From an uncultured Acidobacteriaceae bacterium (GTDB taxonomy: Bacteria; Acidobacteriota; Terriglobia; Terriglobales; Acidobacteriaceae): a stretch of 64,000 nucleotides of DNA. How positions within the stretch are numbered: the first letter of the stretch is position 1; every line of letters begins with the position of its first letter. The notes under the pieces are model-generated. The model was not told the DNA's origin. It made no database searches and saw nothing but the letters and a program-made list of their open reading frames with translations. The stretch is from contig CAVZPC010000008.1 of assembly GCA_963777005.1 (NCBI GenBank), forward strand, positions 1,781-65,780, given 5' to 3'. Both the position numbers and the translations under genes were made by a program. Positions 39,168 through 49,317 of the stretch are shown here, one piece after another.

Positions 39168-40061
39168 TCAGATCGTGCTGTCGTCATCGTCATCGCTGTC
39201 GCGCTGCCCCAAGTCCTTGGCGGGGCTGAGAGTACGCCCGTCGGAAGCGTGATGGACTTCGATCCGGCCATTCACATTCTCCAATCTGATGTGCGTGCCG
39301 CCGTTGCCGAGTTCGCCCCGCAGGTCATGCCCCACAAAGCTGCGTCGATTTACATGCAGCCCAAAGTCATTCTCGATCCCGCCCGAGACGGTGCTGGCCT
39401 CGATTTCCGCTTTGGAGTCGGATGGAATCGTGAGCTCGACCGAACCATTCACTGACTTCAGTTCGAGCGAGGAGCCGGGAAGCTGGTCGAACTTGGCGTC
39501 CAGATGGCCGTTGATGGTGGAGAGTTCGGCGCGCCCCGCGAGATTGTGCGCTTCCAGCCTGCCGTTAATGCAGGAGGCATGCACTTCGCCACTCACGCCC
39601 GCGACATCGAGCGAACCATTGATCAGCTTGATCTCGTCGAGGCGCGCGCCCCGCGGCACCCTCAGCGTGTATTCGACGGTGGCGGGATTGTTGTGCGAAC
39701 CCCAGTTGAAGGTCAGATCGTGGTCGGGATATTTGGTGCGAATCGATAGATGATCTTTGTCGGAGTCGATATCGATGTGCGCCTGATCGAGGCGCTCCTT
39801 CGAGTCGGCATACTTCACCGCATCGACCTTAACTTCGTTCTGGTCCCAGGTGGAGATGTGAACCGCGCCGTTGATGTTATCGAGTTCCACGCGTCCGTCG
39901 GGAGTGAAGGCGTAGGTCTGATGGAATTCTTCGCTGAAGGCGCCGTGGTGATCAGAGGCGTGCGCGGCGAGAGCGAGAAGGAACAGAGCGCAGGTGCTCA
40001 GAAAGATTCCGGTCGGGGCGGGGAATTGGCGTAGGCGGTTCATTGCATTCCTCCGTTTCAA
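39168..40061 (-). CDS. DUF4097-family beta-helix repeat protein (putative adhesin), secreted
   Basis: Signal peptide followed by repeated NG.V.. / INGS.. strands (NGAVHIST, INGSLDV, INGRLEA, INGHLDA, VNGSVEL, VNGRIEV). It has an acidic C-terminal tail. Confidence 0.75.
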   Translation of the reverse strand: MKRRNAMNRLRQFPAPTGIFLSTCALFLLALAAHASDHHGAFSEEFHQTYAFTPDGRVELDNINGAVHISTWDQNEVKVDAVKYADSKERLDQAHIDIDSDKDHLSIRTKYPDHDLTFNWGSHNNPATVEYTLRVPRGARLDEIKLINGSLDVAGVSGEVHASCINGRLEAHNLAGRAELSTINGHLDAKFDQLPGSSLELKSVNGSVELTIPSDSKAEIEASTVSGGIENDFGLHVNRRSFVGHDLRGELGNGGTHIRLENVNGRIEVHHASDGRTLSPAKDLGQRDSDDDDDSTI

Positions 40062-40157
40062 GAAGTTAGACGCGGCGGTCGCAAATTCGTGAGAGCCAAA
40101 AGTGGACGGTTCTCTGCGTACAGGGTTATACGAAATACCTCTGGGCTATGTTCCGCA

Positions 40158-41468
40158 TCATTTTGGGGCGGAAACGGGGTCCTTCTGACCTGCTTCGGTA
40201 AGAAGATAGACTCCAAGAATCGTCATCTCGGGCTCAATGGGATGGCGATAGCGCTGGCCGGGGTAGACCACGTAATAGATCGCGGGATATAGCAAAATCA
40301 GCCAGAACAGCAGCCATGCGCCTGGTTTGTGCTGACGTAGAGCGCGTCCCAGTCCCCAGAACATCAACACGGACGATGCCAGAAAGAGCGAATTCTTTAA
40401 CTCGGCAAGCCACCAGATCTGGGAGAGTCGTGGTGGGCCCGCCCAGAAGTAGATGGAGCGTTTGAGGCAAAGGACAGCGAAGCGTGGGTAATCGGCCTTG
40501 ATGTAGTCGACCGCCTGCTGTTTGCGCCTCTCGATATAGGCCAATTCGCCCATGGAAGTGTACTGGCGCATGGCGAAGCTATCCTGCGTGGGATGCAGGT
40601 ACTGCATCCACGTGCCGTCGGCGCCGGGTCCGTTGCCGAGGCGCAGTTCCGCGCCCAGGTTGTCGCGGATGAAGATGAACTTGCCGAAGGTTTGATAGTT
40701 GCGCACCGTCCACGGAGTGACGCAAGCGATGAAAACCAAAGAAGCCAGCACGACACCGGCCAGCGAAGGCTTTCCGCGTTTGGCGCGGTGATACCACGCC
40801 CACAATCCCGAGACCGGCAGGAAGGCGATCAGCACCGTGCTGTTCAGAGCTGCGATTCCCCAGAGCAGGCCGAATTCGATCCAGGGTTGAATTCCTTCGC
40901 GATCTTCCATCGTCAACGCCAGCCAGAAAATCACGGCTAACAACAGGGCCGAAAAACTCGTCTCCCACACCCAGCGCGTGCACCAGAACATCACGTAGGG
41001 TAGAAGAGCCCAGGTCCAGGCTGAGCCGATGGCCACTTTCTCAGAGAAGATCCTTCGCGCGATGAGGAAAATTGGGATGCAGGTCAGGGCGGAAAAAATG
41101 CTGTTGATGGTGAGCAGAATGAATGCCGATGCTCTGGAATAGATTCCGAAGAAGTGAAACACGCCCGCAGTTAGATAGGGATAGAGCGGCGGTTCCCATG
41201 CGGTGGGCCCAGTGGGTGAGCCGAAAGCATCGCTGAATCCTCGCCCGGATGCGATGGCGGCGCCGATGCGTCCCATCTCCCAACCGAAGCCGAAATTATC
41301 TTCCGCGGGCTTGAACTTGTAGGTGTGGCCGACGATGATCCAGCCCACGCGCAGGAATAGGGCGATCGCGACCATCCAGAATTGCGAGGTGCGAATTCGG
41401 GCCCATGTAGCGAGAAGCTGAGCTACGATGGTCCTGCGGTGGGCGGCCACGCCGAGCGTTGAATCCAT
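40158..41468 (-). CDS. GT-C fold membrane glycosyltransferase (family 39/83-like, ArnT/PMT type)
   Basis: 436 aa with about 10 or more TM segments. The N-terminal loop with PPLYPYL and the overall layout are typical of GT39-like proteins. The assignment is from pattern recognition only. Confidence 0.65.
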   Translation of the reverse strand: MDSTLGVAAHRRTIVAQLLATWARIRTSQFWMVAIALFLRVGWIIVGHTYKFKPAEDNFGFGWEMGRIGAAIASGRGFSDAFGSPTGPTAWEPPLYPYLTAGVFHFFGIYSRASAFILLTINSIFSALTCIPIFLIARRIFSEKVAIGSAWTWALLPYVMFWCTRWVWETSFSALLLAVIFWLALTMEDREGIQPWIEFGLLWGIAALNSTVLIAFLPVSGLWAWYHRAKRGKPSLAGVVLASLVFIACVTPWTVRNYQTFGKFIFIRDNLGAELRLGNGPGADGTWMQYLHPTQDSFAMRQYTSMGELAYIERRKQQAVDYIKADYPRFAVLCLKRSIYFWAGPPRLSQIWWLAELKNSLFLASSVLMFWGLGRALRQHKPGAWLLFWLILLYPAIYYVVYPGQRYRHPIEPEMTILGVYLLTEAGQKDPVSAPK

Positions 41469-41638
41469 GTTGGATGTTTCTATTTGTAGCTGAGTCGCGA
41501 TACGGCGGCAACCCGACCGCTCCGCTTTAAGTAATTGACACTCCTGCGTCCCAAACCTAGACTGAAGTGCTTCGTGCCATTTGCCGCGTGGTTGAACGTA
41601 TAATCGTTTCGATACCTGGTACGAACCGAGGTGCCCGG

Positions 41639-42199
41639 ATGGGCTGGCTGCAAAATAAATTCGAAAAAAATTTTATGATCAGCACGGTGGACTACGTCTT
41701 CAACTGGGCGCGGAAATCCGCCGTGTGGCCGATGACATTTGGCCTGGCCTGCTGCGCCATCGAGATGATTGCTTCGTCGACCTCGCGTTTCGATATCGCG
41801 CGCTTCGGGTCGGAGGTGTTTCGCCCCAGCCCGCGGCAGAGCGACCTGATGATTGTGGCCGGCACAGTGACCCTGAAAATGGCGCCGGTGCTGAAGCGCA
41901 TCTATGACCAGATGCCCGATCCGAAGTGGGTGATCTCGATGGGCGCGTGCTCCTCGGTGGGCGGGCCATTCAATACTTATGCGGTGCTGCAGGGCGTCGA
42001 TAAAATCGTGCCCACTGATGTGTATGTCACCGGTTGCCCGCCACGGCCTGAGAATCTCTTCTACGCTCTGCTCAAGCTGCAGGACAAGATCGATACCATG
42101 ACACTGGCTAAGAAGCCCACGGAAGTCCGTCTCGATCCCAACATGATGGAGAACTTCAAGCGCCAGGTCATGATCGCACAGACTTTACAACCTAAATAG
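41639..42199 (+). CDS. nuoB: NADH-quinone oxidoreductase subunit B (orphan copy 1)
   Basis: Motifs [37 protein letters not shown] and GCPPRPE are present, so all four N2-cluster Cys are there. No other nuo genes are adjacent. Confidence 0.9.
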   Translation: MGWLQNKFEKNFMISTVDYVFNWARKSAVWPMTFGLACCAIEMIASSTSRFDIARFGSEVFRPSPRQSDLMIVAGTVTLKMAPVLKRIYDQMPDPKWVISMGACSSVGGPFNTYAVLQGVDKIVPTDVYVTGCPPRPENLFYALLKLQDKIDTMTLAKKPTEVRLDPNMMENFKRQVMIAQTLQPK

Positions 42200-42384
42200 A
42201 CGCGTGTGGGGGACGGGGCTTTCTTTCTTCTGGCCTTGAGCGTCTTCCAATCGATGCCCGCCTTGCCCCGTTAAAATGATTTTCTGCACGTTTGGCCTCT
42301 CTGATTTGCAAAGTCCTGCCTGATACGAGAACATACAAGGTTTGCACATCCACACAGATTCTCACTGAGGAAGCGGCCAAAAAT

Positions 42385-43779
42385 ATGGCGACACGGAATA
42401 AATCCGCGAAAGCGGCAAGGGTTGAAGTGAAGTCCCAAGGGAAGGCCCAGAGTCGATCCAAGAATAACGGCACGATCGATCCCGCGAAAGGGAAGCTGGG
42501 GGTCATGATCCCGGGCATGGGCGCAGTGGCGACGACGTTTGTTGCCGGCGTGGAGGCGATCCGCAAGGGGCTGGCGAAGCCGATCGGATCACTGACGCAA
42601 ATGGGCACGGTGCGGCTGGGCAAGCGTACGGACGGCCGCTCGCCGAAGATCAAGGAATTTGTGCCGCTGGCCGGACTCGACGATCTGGTCTTTACCGGCT
42701 GGGACATTTTCGAAGACAACATGTACGAAGCGGCCTCGAACGCGGGGGTGCTCGATCAGAGGCTGCTCGACCAGTTGAAGCCTTTTCTTTCGTCGGTGAC
42801 GCCCCGCGCGGCGGTATTCGATCACAACTACGTGAAGAAGATTGACGGGCCCAACGTGAAAAAGGGCAAGACGAAGATGGATCTTGCCGAGCAGTTGCGC
42901 GACGATATCCGGCAATTCAAGAAAACCAGCGGCGCGAGCCGCCTGGTCACGATGTGGTGCGGGTCGACCGAATCCTTCATCGAAGCGACCGAGGCGCATC
43001 AGTCGGTGAAGTCGTTTGAAAAAGCGCTGCGCGAAAATGACGAGATGATCGCGCCCTCGATGGTGTATGCGTACGCGTCGCTAATGGAAGGTGTGCCGTT
43101 CGCCAATGGAGCACCGAACTTGACCGTGGATTTGCCGGTGATGCTCGAACTGTCTCGGCAAAACGAAGCGCCTATCTGCGGAAAAGATTTTAAAACTGGC
43201 CAGACGCTGATGAAGACTATTCTTGCACCCGGGTTTAAGGCGCGCATGCTCGGGTTGAACGGATGGTTCTCCACCAACATTCTGGGCAACCGCGATGGCG
43301 AGGTGCTGGACGATCCGGGATCGTTCAAGACCAAGGAAGAGTCGAAGCTTTCGGTGCTGGAGCACATTCTGCAACCCGAGCTTTATCCCGAGCTCTACGG
43401 CAATATGTGCCACAAGGTTCGTATTAACTACTACCCGCCACGTGGTGATAACAAAGAAGGTTGGGACAATATTGATATCTTCGGATGGCTGGGTTATCCG
43501 ATGCAGATCAAGGTTGATTTTCTATGTCGCGACTCGATTCTGGCAGCGCCGATCGTGCTTGATCTGGTGCTGCTGACCGATCTGGCGAAACGGTGTTCGG
43601 AGCTGCGTGGGCTGGGAATTCAGGAGTGGTTAAGCTTTTACTTTAAGTCTCCGATGACGGTGCCGGGGCTCTATCCGGAGCACGATCTCTTCATTCAGTT
43701 GATGAAGCTGAAGAACACTCTACGGCATTTGAAGGGCGAAGAACTGATTACACATTTGGGGCTCGAGTATTACGACTGA
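42385..43779 (+). CDS. ino1: myo-Inositol-1-phosphate synthase
   Basis: About 464 aa with MIPS-like sequence (GVMIPGMGAVATTFVAG, NGAPNL, SKLSVLEHIL...). Confidence 0.85.
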   Translation: MATRNKSAKAARVEVKSQGKAQSRSKNNGTIDPAKGKLGVMIPGMGAVATTFVAGVEAIRKGLAKPIGSLTQMGTVRLGKRTDGRSPKIKEFVPLAGLDDLVFTGWDIFEDNMYEAASNAGVLDQRLLDQLKPFLSSVTPRAAVFDHNYVKKIDGPNVKKGKTKMDLAEQLRDDIRQFKKTSGASRLVTMWCGSTESFIEATEAHQSVKSFEKALRENDEMIAPSMVYAYASLMEGVPFANGAPNLTVDLPVMLELSRQNEAPICGKDFKTGQTLMKTILAPGFKARMLGLNGWFSTNILGNRDGEVLDDPGSFKTKEESKLSVLEHILQPELYPELYGNMCHKVRINYYPPRGDNKEGWDNIDIFGWLGYPMQIKVDFLCRDSILAAPIVLDLVLLTDLAKRCSELRGLGIQEWLSFYFKSPMTVPGLYPEHDLFIQLMKLKNTLRHLKGEELITHLGLEYYD

Positions 43780-43921
43780 TTCGGGCGGCATCCTTCCTTT
43801 CTGCGAAACTTTGGATAACCCAGGGAGAAAATGGGGCTTCTAACAAAACGGGGAAGTTCTGGCTTGGCGTGTGCGCGCCGGGCGTATAATCCGGGTTAGA
43901 GTTGGTCGTAAAGGAGTTCCT

Positions 43922-45115
43922 ATGAAGTTGCGCGGGTTGGCAATCGCAGCGGGATTGGCGGCGTTCAGCGCGGTACCCTGGACGATAGCGCAAACACAGC
44001 AGCCTGCTCAGAACCCCGGTCAGACACAGAATCCGGGTCAAACTCAAACTCAGACTCAGACGCAAACTCCATCTCCGGTTCCAGATCAAGACAAAGGCCA
44101 ACCAAAAGCAGGAGACGTGCAAAACGCCCCCGCGCAGCCTCCGGCAACTCTGCCGACGCAGGATGATAGCCAGATCAAGCACGATGGCGGCAAGACCGAC
44201 GTGGATGCGGTCGGGAACCGCAATGTGGGTTGTGGCCGCGGGGTGGGCAACTGGTACAGCATCGAGAAGCAAGTGGCCATGGGCCGCTCCTACGCGCAGC
44301 AGATCGAGTCGCAGATCAAACTGGTCAATGATCCGGTGGTAACGGAATACGTAAACCGGGTCGGACAGAATCTGGTGCGGAACTCCGACGCCCAGGTGCC
44401 GTTCACGATTAAAGTGATCGACTCCGATGTGGTGAACGCGATGGCGTTGCCGGGAGGATTCTTCTATGTGAACTCCGGGCTGATCCTCGCAGCCGACGAG
44501 GAAGCCGAGTTGGCGGGCGTTATGGCACACGAAATATCCCATGTGGCGGCTTGTCACGTGGCCCGTGAGCAGACGCGCTACACGCTGATGCAAATGGCAA
44601 CAATTCCTCTGATCTTCGTTGGTGGCGGAATTGGCTATGGGGCCTATGAACTCGCCGGGCCGGCAGCGATGTTGGGTATTTTGAAGTTCTCGCGCGGCTT
44701 CGAAGCCGAAGCCGACTATCTCGGCGTCCAAACCATGTACCGTGCCGGCTACGACCCGTCGGCTTTTGTTTCCTTCTTCGAGAAGATTGAGGCGATGGAG
44801 AAGAAGAAGCCGGGGACGATCGCGAAGGCGTTTGAAACGCACCCACCCACGCAGGATCGCATCGAGAAGTCGCAGGAGGAAATCCGTAAGATTCTGCCGG
44901 CCAAGGCGCAGTACGTTGTTACTACGTCGGAATTCGACGATGTAAAAGCTAGGTTGGCTTCGATCGAGAATCGCCACAAGGTTCTGGATCAGAGAGACGA
45001 GAACAAGCCTAGCTTGCGGCGAACGTCCACCAGCGGCAGCGACAAGACGGGCGATAGCACGAACGACGATGATCGTCCAACCTTGAAACGGCGCGATGAT
45101 TCGTCCTCGAACTAA
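43922..45115 (+). CDS. Secreted M48-family zinc metallopeptidase
   Basis: AAAGGAG RBS and a signal peptide, then a Q/T/P-rich linker and the HEISH motif (AGVMAHEISHV). The downstream part is M48-like. Confidence 0.85.
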   Translation: MKLRGLAIAAGLAAFSAVPWTIAQTQQPAQNPGQTQNPGQTQTQTQTQTPSPVPDQDKGQPKAGDVQNAPAQPPATLPTQDDSQIKHDGGKTDVDAVGNRNVGCGRGVGNWYSIEKQVAMGRSYAQQIESQIKLVNDPVVTEYVNRVGQNLVRNSDAQVPFTIKVIDSDVVNAMALPGGFFYVNSGLILAADEEAELAGVMAHEISHVAACHVAREQTRYTLMQMATIPLIFVGGGIGYGAYELAGPAAMLGILKFSRGFEAEADYLGVQTMYRAGYDPSAFVSFFEKIEAMEKKKPGTIAKAFETHPPTQDRIEKSQEEIRKILPAKAQYVVTTSEFDDVKARLASIENRHKVLDQRDENKPSLRRTSTSGSDKTGDSTNDDDRPTLKRRDDSSSN

Positions 45116-45131
45116 GCCTGTGCATTTTAAC

Positions 45132-45164
45132 AACCGGCGGCCTTGGCCGCCGGTTTTGTGTTTT
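45132..45164 (+). terminator. Intrinsic terminator after the M48 gene
   Basis: Stem aaccggcggcc / ggccgccggtt followed by ttttgtgtttt. Confidence 0.75.
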
Positions 45165-45312
45165 GAGCGAGACCGATAAGCAGGGATAGGGCCGTCCGGA
45201 GCGTAAGCTGCGTCACGGTTAGACGTGACCTCAGTCACAGCAAGGTGGTTGTCGAAGCTAGTAAAGGTAAGCTACGCTAGCGTTATAGCGCTACCGAGGA
45301 GCGGGGACTTCC

Positions 45313-46635
45313 ATGCCACAAGACACACTCACCATCACCGACAATCGCACTGGCCAGACCTATACCGTCCCCATCGAGGATGGCACGATCCGGGCGATGA
45401 ACCTGCGGCAGATCAAGACTGGTCCGGACGATTTTGGGCTGATGACCTACGATCCGGCCTTCATGAATACGGCATCGTGCCGCAGCAGCATTACCTACAT
45501 TGATGGCGACAAGGGGATTCTGCGCTATCGCGGATATCCCATCGAGGTGTTGGCCGAGCGCTGTACTTTCCTGGAGGTCGCCTACCTGCTGCTCTTTGGA
45601 GAACTGCCGACCGAGGTTGAGCTCAAAAAATGGGTGTACGACATCACGCATCACACCATGCTTCACGAGAGCACAAAGAAGTTCATGGAGGGCTTTCGCT
45701 ACGACGGTCATCCCATGGGAATGTTTGTCAGCACGGTGGCCGCGCTCTCCACCGTATACCCCGATGCCAAGCACGTGCACGATGGCAAGAACCGGCTGCT
45801 CCAGATCAAGCGATTGATCGGTAAAGTGCCGTCGATCGCGGCCATGTCCTACCGGCACAATGTGGGATTTCCCTATGTGTATCCGGATAATGATCTGAGC
45901 TATGCCGAGAATTTCATGAATATGTTGTGGAAGATGGTCGAGCCGAAATATGTGGCCAATCCAGCGATTGCCCGTGCGCTCGATATTCTTTTCATCTTGC
46001 ATGCCGACCACGAGCAAAACTGCGGCACCAACGCGATGCGATCGGTAAGCAGCGCGCAAACTGATCCTTACCTCTCCATGGCGTCGGCGGCGTCAGCCCT
46101 GGCGGGGCCATTGCACGGTGGTGCCAATGAAGAGGTTCTGAAGATGCTGGATGAAATTGGTTCGAAGGATAAGGTTCCGGCCTACATCCAGAAGGTGAAG
46201 GAAGGTCATATCAAGCTGATGGGATTCGGACATCGCATTTACAAAAATTACGATCCGCGGGCGAAGATCATTCGTTGGTGTGCAGAGCAGGTCTTCGAGG
46301 TTACCGGGCGCAACCCGAAATTGGAGATCGCTCTTGAGTTGGAGCGAATCGCGCTGGAAGATGATTATTTTGTGAAGCGCAAACTCTATCCCAATGTCGA
46401 TTTCTATTCCGGCATCATGTACCAGGCGATGGGCTTCCGGCCCGAAATGTTCACGGTGCTGTTTGCCATTCCGCGTACGGCGGGCTGGCTGGCGCAGTGG
46501 CAGGAATTGATCACGGACCCGGAGCAGAAGATCGCCCGCCCCCGGCAGATTTACACCGGGCATGAAGCGCGGGAATTTGTAGCGATGGAAAAACGGACAT
46601 CGGCGGCCGTGGCGGCGACTAGTTTAAAAAGCTGA
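45313..46635 (+). CDS. gltA: Citrate synthase (type II, hexameric-type length)
   Basis: 440 aa with GYPIE, ADHEQN, GPLHGGANE, GFGHRIYK and DPR motifs. Confidence 0.95.
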   Translation: MPQDTLTITDNRTGQTYTVPIEDGTIRAMNLRQIKTGPDDFGLMTYDPAFMNTASCRSSITYIDGDKGILRYRGYPIEVLAERCTFLEVAYLLLFGELPTEVELKKWVYDITHHTMLHESTKKFMEGFRYDGHPMGMFVSTVAALSTVYPDAKHVHDGKNRLLQIKRLIGKVPSIAAMSYRHNVGFPYVYPDNDLSYAENFMNMLWKMVEPKYVANPAIARALDILFILHADHEQNCGTNAMRSVSSAQTDPYLSMASAASALAGPLHGGANEEVLKMLDEIGSKDKVPAYIQKVKEGHIKLMGFGHRIYKNYDPRAKIIRWCAEQVFEVTGRNPKLEIALELERIALEDDYFVKRKLYPNVDFYSGIMYQAMGFRPEMFTVLFAIPRTAGWLAQWQELITDPEQKIARPRQIYTGHEAREFVAMEKRTSAAVAATSLKS

Positions 46636-46678
46636 GATTCTTGCGGCAGCGGGATCTGTCAAAGAGATTGGTTCTGAA

Positions 46679-46709
46679 CAACAAAAGCCGCGACCCGAGG
46701 CCGCGGCTT
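46679..46709 (-). terminator. Hairpin terminator between the convergent gltA and small Zn-ribbon genes
   Basis: Stem aagccgcg / cgcggctt. On the minus strand a T-run (ttttgttg) follows, so it may act bidirectionally. Confidence 0.55.
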
Positions 46710-46766
46710 GGTGCTCCTTAGTTCTTTGGCAGTCAGCGCGGGCTGATTCGCCTAGGCCGGCGTCGA

Positions 46767-47003
46767 TCAGGCAGCCTGCTTGGTGGCCAGCGAAGCGACA
46801 TACTGTCGGCTTTCTGCTCGAGAAGTGATGACCTTCATCTCCTGCCAATCGTAGGGAAATTCTTTGCCGCAATCCAGACATGCGACATAAGTTCCGGTTA
46901 ATGCACCGGCTTGCGGCCGGCGTGCTTTTCCACGAAGCGTCACCGGGAAACTGTAGCGGGAGTGCCTGCAACCAAAAATCGCATCAATCAATTTTGTCAG
47001 CAT
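46767..47003 (-). CDS. Small hypothetical protein with a C.H...C..C zinc-binding-like pattern
   Basis: 78-aa ORF (GCRHS ... CLDCGKEF) with its own terminator. Confidence 0.55.
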   Translation of the reverse strand: MLTKLIDAIFGCRHSRYSFPVTLRGKARRPQAGALTGTYVACLDCGKEFPYDWQEMKVITSRAESRQYVASLATKQAA

Positions 47004-47278
47004 GAAGCACCTTCCACAGGCTCAATTCGCTTGGACTCTTTTGAACGGCGGTCCTTGCGTGTTTAATACTGTACCTACACTCAATACCTTAGATTCAATA
47101 ATGGGGGGAATGGTTTCGCATTCTTCCCGGCGTATTCCTGTTTTGGAACTAGCGCGCGCCAAGTGATTGCTTCGCAATAGCTTACGCCAACGCCAAAAGT
47201 ATTAACCGGATTGGTGCTGAACCGCCGGATCAGGAAATAGCGTATTGCGAAAGGTTCGAAGGTGGAAGAATCGAATCC

Positions 47279-47839
47279 TCACGCCAAGTTGAAGGCTTTC
47301 TTGATGGTTCCACGTTCCTTCTGAATTTTTTCCTGGAGGAGGGTAATGCTGTAGATGAGTTGCTCGGGGCGCGGAGGGCAGCCGGGAACGTAGATATCGA
47401 CGGGAATTACCTGATTCACACTCTGCACCAGCGCATAATTATTGAAGACGCCGCCGGAAGTAGCACACGCACCCATGGAAATCACCCACTTCGGCTCGGG
47501 CATTTGCTCCCATAACTGCCGGATCACCGGCGCCATCTTGTTCGAGACTCGCCCGGCGATAATCATCAGGTCGCTTTGCCGTGGGGACGGACGAAATACT
47601 TCTGCGCCGAAGCGTGCAATATCAAAGCGCGAAGCTCCCATCGACATCATCTCGATCGCGCAGCAAGCCAAGCCAAAGGTCATGGGCCAGATGGAGCCTT
47701 TGCGCATCCAGTTCACAGCGGAATCAAGCGTGGTGAGAACCACTCCTTCCGGCGTGGGATTGCCGAAAGTAAGATCCTTGACTACTTTCTTTCCGTTTTC
47801 GAGATCGACGTAAGGGCCGAAGTTCAATTCGCGGGGCAT
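47279..47839 (-). CDS. nuoB: NADH-quinone oxidoreductase subunit B (orphan copy 2)
   Basis: Motifs [37 protein letters not shown] and GCPPRPE are present. No other nuo genes are adjacent. Confidence 0.9.
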   Translation of the reverse strand: MPRELNFGPYVDLENGKKVVKDLTFGNPTPEGVVLTTLDSAVNWMRKGSIWPMTFGLACCAIEMMSMGASRFDIARFGAEVFRPSPRQSDLMIIAGRVSNKMAPVIRQLWEQMPEPKWVISMGACATSGGVFNNYALVQSVNQVIPVDIYVPGCPPRPEQLIYSITLLQEKIQKERGTIKKAFNLA

Positions 47840-48014
47840 CGTAGGTTTATTCTAAATGTTGTTGGGTGCAGAGTCCAAATGTTCACCCGGCAGCGTAGGA
47901 TAGCGTTCGATTTGCGTTGAAACCGGATTGACAATGCGAGTTTTTGTTGTAAGCTCTTCTGCATCTTCCCCGTCCCTGCGTATCCGGCCCCCATCTAACG
48001 AGTAGGAGATGTAT

Positions 48015-49301
48015 ATGAGTTCTCTGCATTCCCTGAGCACCGGTAAGGGTGCTGGCCAGCGTCGCAGCCATACGCCGCCGGTTGCAGGTGGTAAGTTTCC
48101 CGTGCAAGCAACCAGCGCGCCACTTCCGCATTACCCCTTTCAACCGCTTCCTCCGCCACGTCCCTTGCCTTATCGCTTTGATTTATCGAAGTTACTTCCG
48201 GCGGCTGACGTCACAAAGATCAAAAACGACGGTGTGATGGTGTTTCACACGGTTGGAGATACCGGAGATTACCGCGATTCGGGACCGCAGGATCTGGTGG
48301 CGCAAATCATGACGCAAGATGCGCAAAATTCGCCGGACGGCAAACAGCCGGCTTTTTACTACCATCTCGGCGACGTGGTCTATTTCGCCGGCGACATCGA
48401 TAAGTACGGTGCGAACTTCTACGAAACCTACAAAGATTATCCGTGCTTCATCGTTTCCATCCCCGGGAATCATGATTGCCAGCCCGACGATCCGCAGGAT
48501 GGTCCGGTCGATCCCAACAAAGTTCCGCTGGATGGCTGGGTGCAAAATTTCATGTCGACCAATCCAGCCCAGCTCGGCTCACTCAAGACTGGTTCGAATC
48601 GAACCCAGATGGATCTGCCGTATGTGTATTGGACCTTCACGACTCCGTTGGCAACGATCATCGGACTGTTCTCCAATGTCGGCGAGACCGAAGGCGAGAT
48701 TCACCCGGATCAAATTAGCTGGTTCAAGGGAGAACTGACGGCAGCAGATCCCACCCTCGCCCTGATTGTGACAGTGCATCATCCGCCATTTTCCGGCGAT
48801 GTGGAGCACTCGGGCAGCAGTGCCGTCGATCAGGTGCTCTCCAGCTGCTTCCAGGCGGTGAAGCGATATCCCGATCTGATTTTGTCCGGTCACGTGCACA
48901 ACTACCAGCGCTTCACGAATGTGGTTCAGGGTCCGAAGGGCAAGCTTCAGATTCCCTACATCGTGGCTGGCGCCGGAGGTTATACCAAGCTCGGAACGCT
49001 TCACCAGATCAATGGCGCAGATCCAACGGTACCGCTGGCTCTAGGAAGCGGCCTCACCTTTGAACAGTACGACCAGAAGAACTTTGGTTTTCTCCGCCTG
49101 GAAGTCAGCAAGACACAGATCGCGGGAACATATCTGTCGGCGCCTTACGTTACCGGCAGTACGCCCGCCGCCAAGGTCGTCGACAGCTTTGTAGTGGACC
49201 TCACGAAGCACACCGTGACGACTACAGTTTCCGGCGCTGAGAGTCGGTCCACCAAGAGTGAGCCAGCGCAGAAGCCACCGAAGCGCGGAAAAAAGAGATG
49301 A
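48015..49301 (+). CDS. Calcineurin-like metallophosphoesterase
   Basis: Motifs GDTGD, GDVVYFAG, GNHD, HHPP and GHVHNYQR. The ATG at 48015 is best spaced from the AGGAG. Confidence 0.8.
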   Translation: MSSLHSLSTGKGAGQRRSHTPPVAGGKFPVQATSAPLPHYPFQPLPPPRPLPYRFDLSKLLPAADVTKIKNDGVMVFHTVGDTGDYRDSGPQDLVAQIMTQDAQNSPDGKQPAFYYHLGDVVYFAGDIDKYGANFYETYKDYPCFIVSIPGNHDCQPDDPQDGPVDPNKVPLDGWVQNFMSTNPAQLGSLKTGSNRTQMDLPYVYWTFTTPLATIIGLFSNVGETEGEIHPDQISWFKGELTAADPTLALIVTVHHPPFSGDVEHSGSSAVDQVLSSCFQAVKRYPDLILSGHVHNYQRFTNVVQGPKGKLQIPYIVAGAGGYTKLGTLHQINGADPTVPLALGSGLTFEQYDQKNFGFLRLEVSKTQIAGTYLSAPYVTGSTPAAKVVDSFVVDLTKHTVTTTVSGAESRSTKSEPAQKPPKRGKKR

Positions 49302-49317
49302 GCGCCGTAAGGTATCT

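Noticed and set aside
41639-47839. The two nuoB copies acting as an inverted repeat that could invert the intervening 5 kb.
   Set aside because: The copies are too diverged for homologous recombination. The longest identical run I saw was about 14 nt, and there are many mismatches in the middle of the core.
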